Below, one piece after another: positions 1-13,075 of a stretch of 64,000 nucleotides of DNA. The notes beneath the pieces were generated by a model. That model searched no databases and was not told the origin of the DNA. It saw nothing but the letters and a program-made list of their open reading frames with translations. The translations under genes and the position numbers were made by a program. The DNA is from Camelus dromedarius. Taxonomy: Eukaryota. The DNA is taken from assembly GCF_036321535.1 (NCBI RefSeq), contig NC_087437.1, positions 28,894,001 to 28,958,000 on the forward strand, written 5' to 3'. The number at the start of each line of letters is the position of its first letter. Within the stretch, counting starts at the first letter, position 1.

Positions 1-125
1 ACTTTACAGATGGAAAAATAGAGGTATAATTAAGCATCGTGACCAAGATTTCACTGTTAGTAAATAGAGGAGCAGTGATTCAAACCCAAGCAGTGTACTT
101 CCAGAGAATATTCTCTTTACCACCA
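1..125 (-). mobile_element. MIR SINE fragment
   Basis: tttacagatggaaaaatagagg...gattcaaacccaagcag resembles the reverse complement of the MIR core. Confidence 0.7.
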
Positions 126-2288
126 GACAAGAGTCTTTTATAAAATCAACACTATTATTATAAAAGCTGGCATACAGATTATTAAATTTGATTTTATAAT
201 ATACAAATTAGTCCCCTTTCTAATAAATTTTACTTTATAAATATAGCTGAAATCAGAAATTGGGGGAACTCAAAGGTGATTTATCTAATTACCTTTCAAC
301 AAAGTAGACAAAATACTGTATGAACATTTTAAGACATGTCTTCGATGCATAATTCATTAACTTATTTAAAGCCAGTAAAATATATTATAAACATCCAAAA
401 ACTGTTTCTGAATTTTTTTCTAGAATGCCTAGAATATATTCCCTATAATTTGCTACAGAAGCATTATTATACATACACTCTCAACGTGGAACTAAATCTA
501 CCTTGCTATAATTGTTTATCTTTGCTTTTATAACATATTCACCATTACCTATTATTGATACAATGCTGAGGTTAAAGTCAAGGAACACTTTCAATTACAT
601 GCAGCACCAATGGAAAACTATAGCTCACTTTAGAGCAATTCTGTTAAGTTCTTGTTTTCAGTCTTCACTTAACATATTGCTAGAATTAAGGTAAGAGGTG
701 AAAAATCCAAATTCAGATCAAAATATTAAAGGTAGAAAAATTCCAACTTCTCCATCGTTTAAATGAAAAACAGTCTTTTCAGGAACCTGTCTGACATTCT
801 GTAGGCAACATCCTGGAATAAAAGTAAAATGTGTTCACTTTTCCTTTGGATGTCTGGGACTGGACAGATACTGTCAACATTAGTCTTGTGGTAGAATGTA
901 TGTGTTTTGAAATACGGCTGCTAGGACAATTACTCATTTTCACTTTATCTTAGCTGATCTGTGGCACACAACTTGTCACACAACCATAATTACGAGGGAG
1001 AGTTCTCTTTTATTGAGTAATAGTTGCTGTGTAAAATATCTTACTCTTTTGTGAGTAATGGCAATTGCAGTTAATTGCTATAGCTAATAACTAACTTCTC
1101 AACATGATCAAGGTTTCCTCTTCGTGTTAATTCTCTTCCATTTGCTGCCAAGTCAATCTTGCTTTTCTGAGTAATGTAAACTGGCACCGAGATTTGGGAG
1201 GTATGCATTTCAATCCTGATTCTGCTAGAGATTGTTCAGCAGGACACACTCGTGGTTTTTTGCACCTGCTTCCTTCCCTTTGAATTCAAGATCTCTCAGA
1301 GGAGGATATACATCGACTCATTAAAAATTCTCTAACTGAAGGAGTTTCAAGGGCTTTTCACTAATTACAGACTTGAGAAGTGTATAAATTACAAACATTC
1401 ACACTTTTAGGACAACTAAATCACTGAACCAAATCAGCATTTTTAAATTCAATAATATAGGGTGAGGTCTAGTAGAAAAATTGCCTTAGGGTCAGGAATC
1501 CACTGAGTAAAACTTCAAATTCTGAGTTAGTCCCAATGTTTTAATCCTACATTATTTGTTCCCTGAAATCCTTATTGTCAAAAGTGCCTTGTCTTAGTTT
1601 GTGACAAAGATTGAAATATCTTCTGAAAGATAGAGCTTTACCTCTTCCTGTTTTGACACACAAAGTTGTAAAAATACACAGAACTTTATCTTACTATCTG
1701 AGCTCTGTTTTCTCTTTTAAATTACATTGCTGGTTCTTTCCCTCCACTACCAATTACACTAATGAAATCGAAATGGTGAACAGAAAAATTCCTGTGAAGG
1801 AGAATCACTCCAGGGATCTTGGAATCCACTAACTTCCAGGTGAAGGGGGCCCTCATGATTCTCTGTGGTATTCGAAACAATAGTCTTGAGAGTTCATAAA
1901 CCTCACCAGTCTTTCTTCTTCAGTAAAACATACCAAAAGTTTGCAACATGTATGAAAGCCCAGAGCCTAATAACCAGTTTTCCTGCCATCAACTCTCACT
2001 ATCTTCTTAGTTCTATGAACCACTTCCAGAACAGATACAGTAACGTCACTTCCTTGATGAAAAATGCTCTGTGTTTCTCATTGCGGTCCAAATTCACGTA
2101 ACTTCTCTCCGGCATTCAAGATCACCCAAAGTATATCTGGCACCTACTTATCATGTCCTGCTTCTTGCTGTGGACCTTGTACTCTCACCAAGCTCAACAC
2201 CCCAATCTTCTCTGAACAGACCTGAACTTTGCTCCCTCACTGCCTTTGCTGTTTCCTCACGGAGATTTCAAAGTCCCTTCTGTCTGGA

Positions 2289-2493
2289 ATAGCTCTCTCC
2301 AATAGAACTTTCTGTGAGAATAGAAATATCCTACAATTTTGTGTTGAGCAATATGGTATTCAGAAGCCACATGTAGTAATTGAACCCTTGGCATACGGCT
2401 AGTGCATTGGAGGAGCTGAAATCTTAATTTTATTTGATGTTAATGAATTTATTTAAATTTTCACATGTGCCTGTGATTACTGGAGAGTAACAG
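2289..2493 (+). mobile_element. MER3-like hAT-Charlie MITE
   Basis: ctccaatagaactttctgtga...aatatggtattcagaagccacatgt...ggctagtgcattggaggagctgaa follows the MER3 consensus. Confidence 0.75.
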
Positions 2494-2669
2494 GTCTGGA
2501 TTCTGCTTCCATCCCTCAGAATCCTCCCCATCCTATGGTGCCCGGGTCAACCCTCTACGCACTGATGCCTCTACTGATTAACCTAGTTGGAATAATTCCT
2601 TCTTTAACCCTTCCAACAATTTAGCTATATCTTTTTACAACTTGTATCATGCACTAAGATAATAAGAAA

Positions 2670-2820
2670 AAAAGTGATTAAAAGCCTTACTTCTGGAGGC
2701 ATCCTACCATACACCCACCAGCTGTGTGGCTTTGAGCAATTTAGCCAGTTCCCCCAACCCTCAGTTCATCATTTGATAGATGCTACTCAGAGCATTGTTG
2801 TGAGGATTAAATAAGAAACA
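2670..2820 (+). mobile_element. MIR fragment
   Basis: agctgtgtggctttgagcaa...cctcagtt...gttgtgaggattaaat. Confidence 0.65.
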
Positions 2821-3004
2821 AGCATGCGTACTGCTGAGCTTTGTTTTAAGTATCTGTGTGCAAATCACTGATTGATTCCTTAGGATTATGAATTCAGCAC
2901 CTTGTGAGCATTCACTCACTTAGGATGCCAAGACAAGTAAGATACAGTCCCTACCATTCTTGAATTCACAGAGTGCTGTGGGAACACTTCATATCTTATC
3001 TCTC

Positions 3005-3122
3005 CTTGGATTTTGAGTCCTGAGGAGCAGAAATTGTATTTCTTTATCTTTATGGTCTGCTAAGAGCCTTGTACAACATCTGGTACATAGGAGACTATCA
3101 ATAAATATTTAATCAATGAATT
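3005..3122 (+). mobile_element. L2 3' end
   Basis: ctggtacataggagactatcaataaatatttaatcaatgaa is the typical L2 terminus. Confidence 0.6.
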
Positions 3123-3228
3123 TATCTATTCTCTTTCTCTTTCTTCTCTCTCCCTCTCTCTCCCCTCCCCCCGCCGGCTCCCTTTCGTAACATAGGTGGA
3201 ACTTTTTTGCACTCTGATGGCACTTCTT

Positions 3229-3429
3229 CTTTTTTTTTTTTTTTTGGATTTGGATTCTGTTTCCTGGGGCAAGATCAGCCTTCTTTTTTAAATTAAATTT
3301 TTTTTTCATTTGTTTAGGGGGGAGGTAATTGGGTTTATTTTTTATTTATTTAATTGAGGTACTGGGGATTGAACCCAGGACCTTGTGCATGCTAAGCATG
3401 TGCTCTACCACTGAGCTATAGCCTCCCCA
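3229..3429 (-). mobile_element. tRNA-Ala-derived camelid SINE (Vic-1-like) with extra 3' segment and poly(A)
   Basis: Minus strand GGGGAGGCTATAGCTCAGTGGTAGAGCACATGCTTAGCATGCACAAGGTCCTGGGTTCAATCCCCAGTACCTC (A box, B box, AGC anticodon loop), then AATAAA-rich tail and AATTACCTCCCCCC. TSD ctgatggYacttctt at 3214-3228 and 3430-3444. Confidence 0.9.
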
Positions 3430-5697
3430 CTGATGGTACTTCTTTTTACTCCATCTTTTATTATAGTTGCTCATGTGCACATATTCTCCATCCTCCCTCT
3501 CTCCTCCAAACACTAAATAATCACTATACATTGGAGGACAGCATCTATCTTGTTGCTTTTCCTCTCCTATGCTTACTTTGTGATATTTCTCTATGAAGTT
3601 AAATATACCTCTGAGGGTTGAGAATAAAACAAATAAAATTTTAGTCTTCTTTAAAAATAATGCTCTGAACTTTGCTAACACATGGTATATCATTTTAAAT
3701 TCCTGTGGATCACAATTATCCCACATTATAGCTACAACTTCACGGGCATAAGAATTGAGAATAGAGCATATTATCATGTGCTTTTTATTTAGATTTTCCA
3801 TGTAATTGCTAACAACTATCTGGTGTACATTCATTATAAAACTTACTTGTTGAAAGTTTTTTGGTAAAATGGAGCTCTTTGCCCAGCCATGTTTTTTTTT
3901 TCCTTCTAAATCTTATTTTGCAATCATAATTTCTGTTACTTGAATGCATAGATCTCATTTGTATTGTGCCCATACTGAAGTCATAATTTTAGTCTTTAAA
4001 AGATCAAGTGATTCTGAATCATAAAATTCTAAAATTTTTTTCTATTCTATAATTAAAAATCAATCCTGGTTTTCCTCTCAGAACAGTAAATATACTGTGA
4101 AATATGACGATCACTAAATAGTTTGTAACTGATAAAGTCTCTTTAAATATAAAGGGTAAAGGGGATTAGCCAAAGATTTTTAAGAAGTGAAAGTTATGCT
4201 TAGAAAAATGAAAGTTGAAAGTCATGTTTTTATGCATAAGCAAGCAACATAGAAGTATTGAAAGGCTAGGAATATGACCGAAGATAAGGATAAAGCATTA
4301 CTGGATGAGTTCAATGTCCTTTCTAATATTTTCTGTTAGTTAGAAGCATACGAAAGATACACTTAAACAGCAAACAAGAATTTTAGCTTGAAGTTTGGGC
4401 AATATTTAAATCTTTAAAATTATTTACCACTGTTAAGTAAGTTTTAACCTGGGTAGACTGTAATAAGCTTTGATGTAAATCATCAGTGCTTTTGCAAAAT
4501 CCAATTAGTGATGCATGGCCCTGTCTTACTGAGGCTTTGCACCTTCCATACATATTCTTTACAGAAGATAACTGCACGTGAAGAAAGCCCTATCAATCCA
4601 TCAGGTGGCCATCTGAAAGCAAATCACTATTAAAATGCCAGGCACTTTTGCCATATTTGCTGCAATGATTTATGTTATGTCGTAAATTTCTCAAGCTTGT
4701 ATTTATACTGTTCTTCAACAGATGGTTTCACTATTAACAACTAGGTGACCTTCCAAACTCTGTTAGAGTCTCTATTACCCCTTAACCCTTAGTTCTATAA
4801 TAGTGTAAAATTAACAAAAATTTGTGACTGATCATTTGTATAAAAATTTACAGAGACTTCTGTTTCTCAGCTGCTTTTATGATTTTTTAAATGAAAATGC
4901 TTAAAGCGTATACTTTCACTTAAGAAATGTTGAATGATAAACTGTTTCTTTGACATGGGAAATCTGAGATATATAAAAGCTATCTTAAAATATTACATTG
5001 ACATTTAGCAGAGAAATGAATTAAAAGGAAGTAAGTGTAAACTCATCAAATACATCTAACTTAAAAATCTCAAATCAGCTTTTACATTAAGCTAGAACCT
5101 TACTCATTTATTACATTGATTTCTTGTTGAACAATAGTAATAAGTGTCCTTTTTTAGTAACTTGAAAAAGAAATGAAGATAAGAAGTCAGGGCTTCCCAA
5201 AATAACGAAAATTTGATTTCCTTAAAATCTTTGATGCGTCCATTTCTGTATTCTTTTCTAAGCTTATTTTCCTAAATAGATTTTAAACGCTCTCAAAAGG
5301 CTTATCAAGGTTTAATGCTGAAAGAGCTTATCCACTGATGTCTTCCCCTTTTACAGAAGATAAAACAGAGGCCCAAACAAATAAAGCATCCTGATCAAAC
5401 TACAGACAATGTGTATTACTCCACTTTCTTCCACCTATCTTAGGGTTTTGTTACAAGCATTTTAGCCTCTCAGCTGCTGTTGGGTTTAAGATTCTACATA
5501 ATCTCTTTTTGATTTTCTCTTTTTTCCTTCTCTCATGAGCTTACCCTCTGATTACACCTGGCTATTACTCTGGAATTTTAATTTTCCGGAGTAACATTAC
5601 ATTCTTCCATTTCTTACATTCAATTTTGACAAGTACTGATATTTTTCACAATATGTTTTTTAATTCACTGCTTTGGCTCTAAGTTTACAGCCAAAAC

Positions 5698-6121
5698 TGT
5701 GTCAGTTTGCTACAGCCACTATATGCTGCATAAGAAACCATCCCCAAACTCAGTGGCCTACAGCCACAAGCATGTATTTCTTGTTCACACATCTGCAAGT
5801 TGCTGGAATTTGCTTGATCTGGACTGGATTGGCTGTGCGTGGTGCCAACCTGTACATCAGGTCCAGATCTGCATGCTGGGTCTCTCATCCCTCTTGGGCT
5901 GGCTACCTAAGTGTGCTATTTTCATGGTAAAAGGCAAAGACTACATCCAATCTCATAAGCACATTTCAAATCTATGCTTGTTTCACTGCACCAACTCCCC
6001 ACTGCCCAAACCTAGTCACACAGCTAAACCCATCATCAAAAAGACAGGGAGGATATCTCTCTCCCAAAGAGGTGGGGGCATTGGGCAGTGAATTTGCTGA
6101 ACAATAATTTAATTCTCCACA
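5698..6121 (-). mobile_element. ERVL-MaLR solo LTR (old MLT1, K/L-like)
   Basis: gctgcataagaaaccatccccaaactcagtggcct...ctagtcacacagctaaaccc...tgaatttgctgaacaataatttaattctccaca. Confidence 0.75.
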
Positions 6122-6599
6122 CCAGTTCTGGAACTACTCAAAACTTCACTAACACAAAATTTCTTCATCAGATATATTCAAATAATCTTCAATAAATACT
6201 TATTGGACACCAACTTCATGCCAATACTATTCAATCCTTTGTTTCTGGACCTCTCCCCTCTGTGAAGACTTTGTGATTGACAAATGCAGTAACAGTCTCT
6301 TTAGATTTCTTTCTAAATGGATTGGATGTACAGAATTGGGTGGACAACAATGAACACTGGAATCAGTTTAAATTCATTGTTAGAATTTTACAAGCAGGGT
6401 TTAAATTAACCATTAGGAAGAAAAGGAATGACTGTTACACACTCCTTCCCAGAGTAGAGATTTTAAGTGTGAAAGAAGGACAGCCCTGCCCAGGGAAGCA
6501 GGTAGGCAGGCTCAGCAGTTTGCAAGCCCAGAAATATCACACTGTCAATATCCTTTGGGATCAAACGCCAGCACATCTCGCACAGTACTCTGCCTTATG

Positions 6600-7400
6600 A
6601 TTTTTTTTCTCCACTTATTTCAAATGTATGTGTAACTGGGTACCCATTCTACAATTGCTGATATTTAGGTTCAGCTTTTCACTTCAATAAATAATGATGC
6701 TAGGAACATCCTTGTGTATGTACTGTCTGTATCTCAGATTATTTTTTCAGCCAATTCAGGGAAAGGATTATTGAATGACAGGATGTAATCTTTTATAAGG
6801 CATTTGACACAATATAGGGGAGGTTCTTTATGTGAATTTTGTTTTGTTTTGTTTGCACTTTAGAGATGGAATGTAACCCATATAAATTATCTTTTCTATG
6901 CAGTCTACGATAGATTTGTTGACCTACTTCTATATTTAACTGACACTGACGCTTATCATCAATCTTTTATAGCATAACTTTCTCATAAAATCTTACATGT
7001 TAGTCATCTTTCAGCTGGCTACACATACCTTCAAGTAGTTTTTTTTTTTTCTATGAAGTAGTGCAAGTGAGTGAAATGTTTTTAGAATCTTTGCATACTT
7101 GAAAGTCTATTCTGGTACCCTACATAAACAAGAACTGTGCTGGGTACAGCCTCTTCCCTCAGGATGATGTGGATGTTGCTTTGTTCCTGGTGGCCTCCGT
7201 TTTTAAAAAGAGAAAACTGAGGCCAAGCTAGTTCCTTTCTTTCACAGGTAACTTGCATGTTCTGCCTGGATGCTTTTAAGACCCCTTGTTTTTTAAAAAT
7301 TTCTCCAATATACTATAAATCATTCCAGATATGAGTAGGCCTCTTGTTCCACTCCAGAAAATGGCATTTAGTTACTGCTTCAGTTGGTTTTTTTTTTTTC
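6600..7400 (-). mobile_element. Highly decayed old LINE-1 or HAL1 fragments
   Basis: T-rich antisense LINE-like text, e.g. ataaataatgatgctaggaacatccttgtgtat; aaactgaggccaagctagttccttttctttcacaggtaac. Confidence 0.45.
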
Positions 7401-7832
7401 CCACAGGAATAGCTGAACCAGTTTAAAGCTCTTCCCAACTCATGACCCACTTACAGTCAAGACACAGCTGTGTATGAAGGGCTTGTAGCTGTGACCTCAG
7501 GGGCCCTCTCCTCTACTCTGAGATCCCTTACTCTGGTCACCCTTCCCATACCATCATACCTTGGTTCTGCCTCTCTGCTTCGGCCCTTGTGACCTATGCT
7601 TCAGTGAGGCAGGCTGCCCTACTTTCTGCCGGGGGATCCGCCTTGTGTGCCATCTTACTCTTGGTTCCAGTGTCCAACTCTAGCTGAAAGCAGACCCTCA
7701 GGAGGCAAGGCCAAGTTTACTGCCTCATATCTTTCTTATGCAGGACAAGAAGTTAGACACTCCTAAGAGCCAAATTTCTTGAATACATGTTGTTTTCTTT
7801 CCTTTGTGAAGCAAATAGAATCAGTAGTTTTT

Positions 7833-8065
7833 TTTTTTAACATTTTTTATTGATTTATAATCATTTTACAATGTTGTGTCAAATTCCAGTGTTCAGCACA
7901 ATTTTTCAGTCATTCATGGACATATACACACTCATTGTCACATTTTTTTCTCTGTGAGTTATCATAACATTTTGTGTATATTTCCCTGTGCTATACAGTG
8001 TAATCTTGTTTATCTATTCTACAATTTTGAAATCCCAGTCTATCCCTTCCCACCCTCCACCCCCT
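7833..8065 (-). mobile_element. Young 5'-truncated camelid-type L1 3' end
   Basis: Poly(T), then aacattttttattgatttataatcattttacaatgttgtgtcaaattccagtg...cccaccctccacccc. Perfect 17-bp TSD tagaatcagtagttttt at 7816-7832 and 8066-8082. Confidence 0.9.
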
Positions 8066-8689
8066 TAGAATCAGTAGTTTTTATTGTCTTGTGTACATGA
8101 TCTTTCCACAAAAACTTCCAAACTGTTTTGAAAAATTAGTTCACAGAAATAATTGGTTTTTTTAAAAAAAAGAGTTGAATTCAAACAACTAATTTTTTCC
8201 ATTAAATAGTTGCTAACCTTTTACTTCAAATGCTCCATATAAATGCTTAATTTTCAAATTGCTTTCGATGTATCATCAGTGGCAAAAGGACTCTGGCAGT
8301 CACCCTAACTCAGCAGTATATATGTTCACTATTTTTTTAAGTCTCTTTAGTTACCACCAACCTAGCAATTATTTAAGGAACCTACTAATACATACATGGC
8401 TAACTCTCAAAAATGCTATGCTGAGGAAAAGAAGCCAGACTAACTAAAGAAGACTGTTTAGGCATGGAACACAAACATCAGTTTTGTTTCATTTTGTTGT
8501 TAAAGCTCTCCAGCCACTGTACAGCCAAGACAAAAACTGTTGGCTTAGGAGAATACACTGAGCCATGTGGCAATTAATAATGAGGCCAGGGGTCAGGGGG
8601 AGGCAGTGAAAGTGTGGATACTTTAGGGAGATGAAACTGTGTGTACAAAGGCATGAGGCATGAAATTCAGGAAAATGCATTGGAGTGGA

Positions 8690-10700
8690 CTCCATCGTAC
8701 ATTTCTGGAGAGGTAATGTTGAGAGATGCAGTTTGACAGGCCCAGTGGAATTTTGGTACATCCTAGTTTCCATGCAACGAAGCTTGGCTTTTATCCCTGA
8801 GTGTCCACTGAAATATTGTAATCTGGTTGCTGGGAGTCACCAAACTGGATTTGCATGTGAAAAGGAGCATTTCTGTCAGCAGCTTGGAGAATGAATTGGA
8901 GAGGAAGGCAGACAAGAGTGGTGGCAGGGAGAACAGTTAGCATTCCCCCCATTAAAAAAAAAAAAAAGATGATGAGGCCATGTTCAGAGGAGTGGATCAG
9001 AAAGAAGTGTGACACAGCTTTAGGGAGTTAAATGAACCGGGTTTAGAAAGTGGCAGCCATGAAAATGTACCTCTTAGACCTCCTGCAGGTGGAATATAAT
9101 TGACCAGTGGCCCCAGCTTCCATCTCGTTAGTTCCACCACTTCATTCATGGTAAGGTCATGCTTCCCATGGGCTGCTCCCCCTGAGCATGGCTGGGGCAC
9201 CAGTGTAGGCTATTCCTATATGATGCAAGACTCCTGCAGGATACAGGACACCTATAACGAGAGACTGGCTGGAGGACTCCCCCTTGGCCTGACTGAAAGT
9301 TTCTTGTCTTCCTACCCAATCTTCCTCCCCCTTTTCCTCACAGAGAAGCGATGTGCTTTGCAGGCTCTTCACATTGACTCCTGCTCCCTTCTCTTTATCC
9401 ATCACCAGCATGTACCCTCCGTAATCTCTTGAACATCTCATGCTGTCTTGGTGTCTGCTTCTGGCTGGATTCACATTAACATAGTACTAGTTAAGGGTGG
9501 GGAAATGGGAAAAGGAAGATTTCTATGAGGATTCTCAAGGTAAAGGCTGGAAAAAAATTAATCAATTCTGGTGACACTTACAAGGGATACGATGAAAAGT
9601 CTGGGAAAGATCACACATCAATTGTATATATGTTGTCTTTGCAGGATTCTAGGACTTTTAGGTACAGATTTTCCACAGGGTACTGCATATTATGAATCAA
9701 GAACTCAGAAGAGAGGTCAGAGACACAGGTATAGATTTGAGAGTTATCATATACTGGTGGTATGCTGAGGTTATGAGTGAGAACAACAAAGCTACTGGTT
9801 AGTATGAGAAGTAAGTATAAAACTGGGAAAAATTATAGAGGATACAAAGAAGGAGGCTGAGAAATGGCTAGAAAAATGAGGAAGACATCTGCACACACAG
9901 GCAATTCTCTGTATAGAACAATGGGGGGGAAGTGTGAGTGACAGTCAAATACTCCTTAGGGCAAGTACATTAGAAAATAAAATTATTCTCTTGGCATTGA
10001 GTGTGTTAAGTGTGCTGAGTAAGGTTGTTAATTAGAGACTATGGAAAATGCTCAAGTGGAAAATGTTTAAGTGGGAATAGGAAGAGAAGATGCTGGACAA
10101 GAGCATTTGAAAACCTAGTGTGTGAAGGAGTGAGAAAGGTGGGGTTGGAGGATGTAGAGAGACATATCTGATTTTTTTTTTTTTGAGATGGAAGAGACTT
10201 AAATGGATTCAAGATAAGCAGCAAGAACCTAGGACTAACACAGAATGAGAGGATGGAGATAAATGATTTGGACATGTCCTAGACAGTTAGAAGTGAATTA
10301 GATTAAAAACACAAGGGGCAGAGTTATGCTTGATCAAGATGGCCCCATGGCTCCCCCTCCTCTGAGCCACGTAGTAGAGAGACAGGCACCTAAATTTCAA
10401 GGTGCAATAGAGGGGAAGTAAGGCTCTTTCCATATGGTAGCTTCAGTTTCCTCTATGAAGGATGATGCTGACAGAGGGGATGGTACTGAAAAAGAAAAGG
10501 CTCAAGTGCCTTTGTAAAGGAGATTTAAAAAGGAGGTTATAGTCTGAGAGTGGTGTATTGACAGACATTCAGAGTTTCCTAATGATGAAATTGAAAAGAC
10601 ACACAGAAAAGCTGGTGATGAAGAAAAGCAGGAAGCTATGACAGATTGCTTATTCATATGGACATGAAATCAAATGTGGTCGGTGTTTTTATCCACAGAC
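8690..10700 (-). mobile_element. Decayed L2 LINE interrupted by an LTR16C
   Basis: Purine-rich antisense L2 text on both sides of the LTR (ggcttttatccctgag; aactcagaagagaggtcag; gagcatttgaaaacctagtgtgtgaagg). Confidence 0.6.
9049..9483 (+). mobile_element. ERVL solo LTR, LTR16C-like
   Basis: gtggcagccatgaaaatg...ataattgaccagtggccccagct...ggactcccccttggcctgactgaaa...tcttggtgtctgcttct is colinear with the LTR16C consensus. Confidence 0.85.
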
Positions 10701-10815
10701 TATCTTTTAGATTTGAATTAATTCCCAACATCAGGAGATTTTACATAATGAAGAAAGGAAGGGTGGAAAGAGGGAAGTTCAACTATAGTAACAACCGGCC
10801 ATGTGGAGTAGAAGC

Positions 10816-10925
10816 CAGGGTGGCCAATGCATCCTCATTGCTCAGGACTTCTCCAGTTTTCATGCTGAGAATCCACATCTTGAAAACCCCCTCAGTCTAT
10901 AAAGCCAGGATAATTGGAAACCCTA
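10816..10925 (+). mobile_element. MER81-like hAT-Blackjack MITE
   Basis: Inverted termini cagggtggccaa...ttggaaacccta, internal gaaaaccccctcagtc, ~110 bp. Confidence 0.75.
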
Positions 10926-12854
10926 GGAGCAGCCACTCTTTTTCAATCGATGCAATGTGCTTTGGGAGTCACAAGAGTCAGTACCAGACCAGCAGTAATT
11001 ATCTGGTTGGTTCCTGTAAGTCTCTGAGTTTTCTAGATTTTGGCCTATCAAAGGCTTATGAGCAGCTGATTTAATCTTTCCACTTCCTGGCAGTACCTCC
11101 CAATAGGGAAGTGACTGACCTACTTAAAGAATCTTAGCAGAGCAGAGAAGAGAAGTAATCCACGTAGATGAATGCTAATAGAAGATCAATGTCCACAGTC
11201 TACATCACACCACAAGGTTTGTCAGTTCCTAGCCCATTCATTCATTATGCACTAAAGCCCAAACTCGGTAACAGCTTACTTAGATTCCTTAGGATTTTGT
11301 GGGTAGACCTAGTTGGGTGTGGGCCTCAGGTTCCCTATTGTGGTTGGAATCTACCTTTACACAACTGGACTGGTTGAGTTTGAGGACACTGAGAAAGAGA
11401 GAAATGAGAAATATAAATGCAATTAATTGGGCTAAGTTTTTCCTTGGAACTCTGACCCTAAAGAATCAGCTTGGAAGCAAAGGACACCAGCAACAAGGGT
11501 CACCTCCAGGTGCTGGGTGGGGCTGCCTACTCTGAAGTTCAGTGTGTCACTGTTCATGAAGATCTGATTGCGCCACACCTGTCAAAACAGATGCCAGCCT
11601 TAGCTTATGAGACCAAAGAGAACAAAATGAAAGACACTGTTAGGGTTCCAGAATCATCCAGCCTCAGATAGTCTGAGAGATTTGTAAAAGCTATAAGATC
11701 TGTGTCTTGACTGATCAGTGATCCCCCCATTCAATTCCACTTTTTGAAATGTAAATACTGTATAACAATCTATTATATAGCAAATATAGAGTATCCTGTA
11801 TCATTTAGACGTAAAAATCTGTGCTGTTTTTAAATGCACTAAAGGTGACCGTATTTCAATTGAACAAGGTCCCCCCACTGTTAAGAAGTGTGTGTTATTT
11901 TAAAGCTACCCTCAGAACTTTCTCTTAAGTACAAGTGTGGGTGCTGCCTCTGAAAAATAAATCTTATCAATTTTAAAAATAAGAATTCAGATTAAAAAGC
12001 AATTGCTTTAGGTAAAGTTCAAGATGTCAAGGGGTAAGTAATGACATAACAGTGTACCAATGCTGGTGTAATTGCTATGATACACCCTCCTGCTTCCCTA
12101 ATTCACAGAACTCAAGAGGGGAGGTTTGGCTGTGTTTAGTACCCACAGCTCTTCCAGCTGTCAGGGAGGCTTCTTGGCCATTTCCAGGATACCTGCCACT
12201 TTGGCGCCAATGCTGTGGCTCTAGACTCCAGTTTTCTACTGGACAAGACACTGAGATGTCATAGTTTATATGGGCTCTATCAAGGCTAAATGTGTGGGTT
12301 ATTCCATCCAGGGAACAAATGACAGAGTGATTCAGAAAAACAGAATAGATTGTAAAATTCATTCCATAAAAAAAGACTATTTTTCTTAAAGCAGATTAGA
12401 ACCTAGCAAGTGGCCGGTAATCTGTCAATATTTGTTGAATTAATATTTACTGAATAAATTATTTGGCCTTTGGTCAAGTTAAGTTTCTGGAACCAATAAT
12501 GGTTTTAATAATTAAACTAATTTAAAGGGCGAACAAGCTAACGTTTGCAGAGCTGTTTTATTGGAACAAATTTTCCACTTTTTGGCATAATAACAAATCC
12601 AGTTACTTAAATCTACTATCCTAATAAGAAATCCAAAGCAAATGCTCTTGTCTTTAATATTAATCTAGCAATAGTTTAATGTCTGTCAATTTGTTATCTA
12701 GCAATAGTTGTGCTCTTTTAAATTTTTTCTCATTTCTTATAATGCCAATATTAGTAATGAGCAATTAAGACTATGTAAAACAGCATCAAAATGGCACTAA
12801 TTAACTGGTAGAACCAATACAGAATGGAGTAAATTAGACTCAACAGAAATCATC

Positions 12855-13020
12855 TTTTTAAACAGGTTTATTAAGGTATAATTTATATATAAAGAACTAC
12901 ACATATTTAATGTGTACAACTTGATGAGTTTGAACATATGCAAAGACCTGTGATACCATCGCCACAATCAAGGTAACAGACACCTAGAACACCTCCCAAA
13001 GTTTTCTTGTGTTCCTTTGG

Positions 13021-13075
<55 letters not shown>

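Noticed and set aside
3356..3428. Apparent tRNA-Ala(AGC) gene (also near 32821 and 59289)
   Set aside because: Broken stems, A-rich tails and TSDs show these are SINE heads, not tRNA genes
3346..3834. 162-aa minus-strand ORF
   Set aside because: Its C-terminus (GGYSSVVEHMLSMHKVLGSIP) is translated SINE and the rest resembles no protein I know
6305..6501. Possible plus-strand exon within the 107-aa ORF (ctctttag ... CAG|gtaggc)
   Set aside because: Unrecognised peptide, modest splice signals, not frame-symmetric and no partner exons
9100..9474. Overlapping 110-aa and 105-aa ORFs
   Set aside because: Entirely inside an LTR16C; chance ORFs in GC-richer repeat DNA
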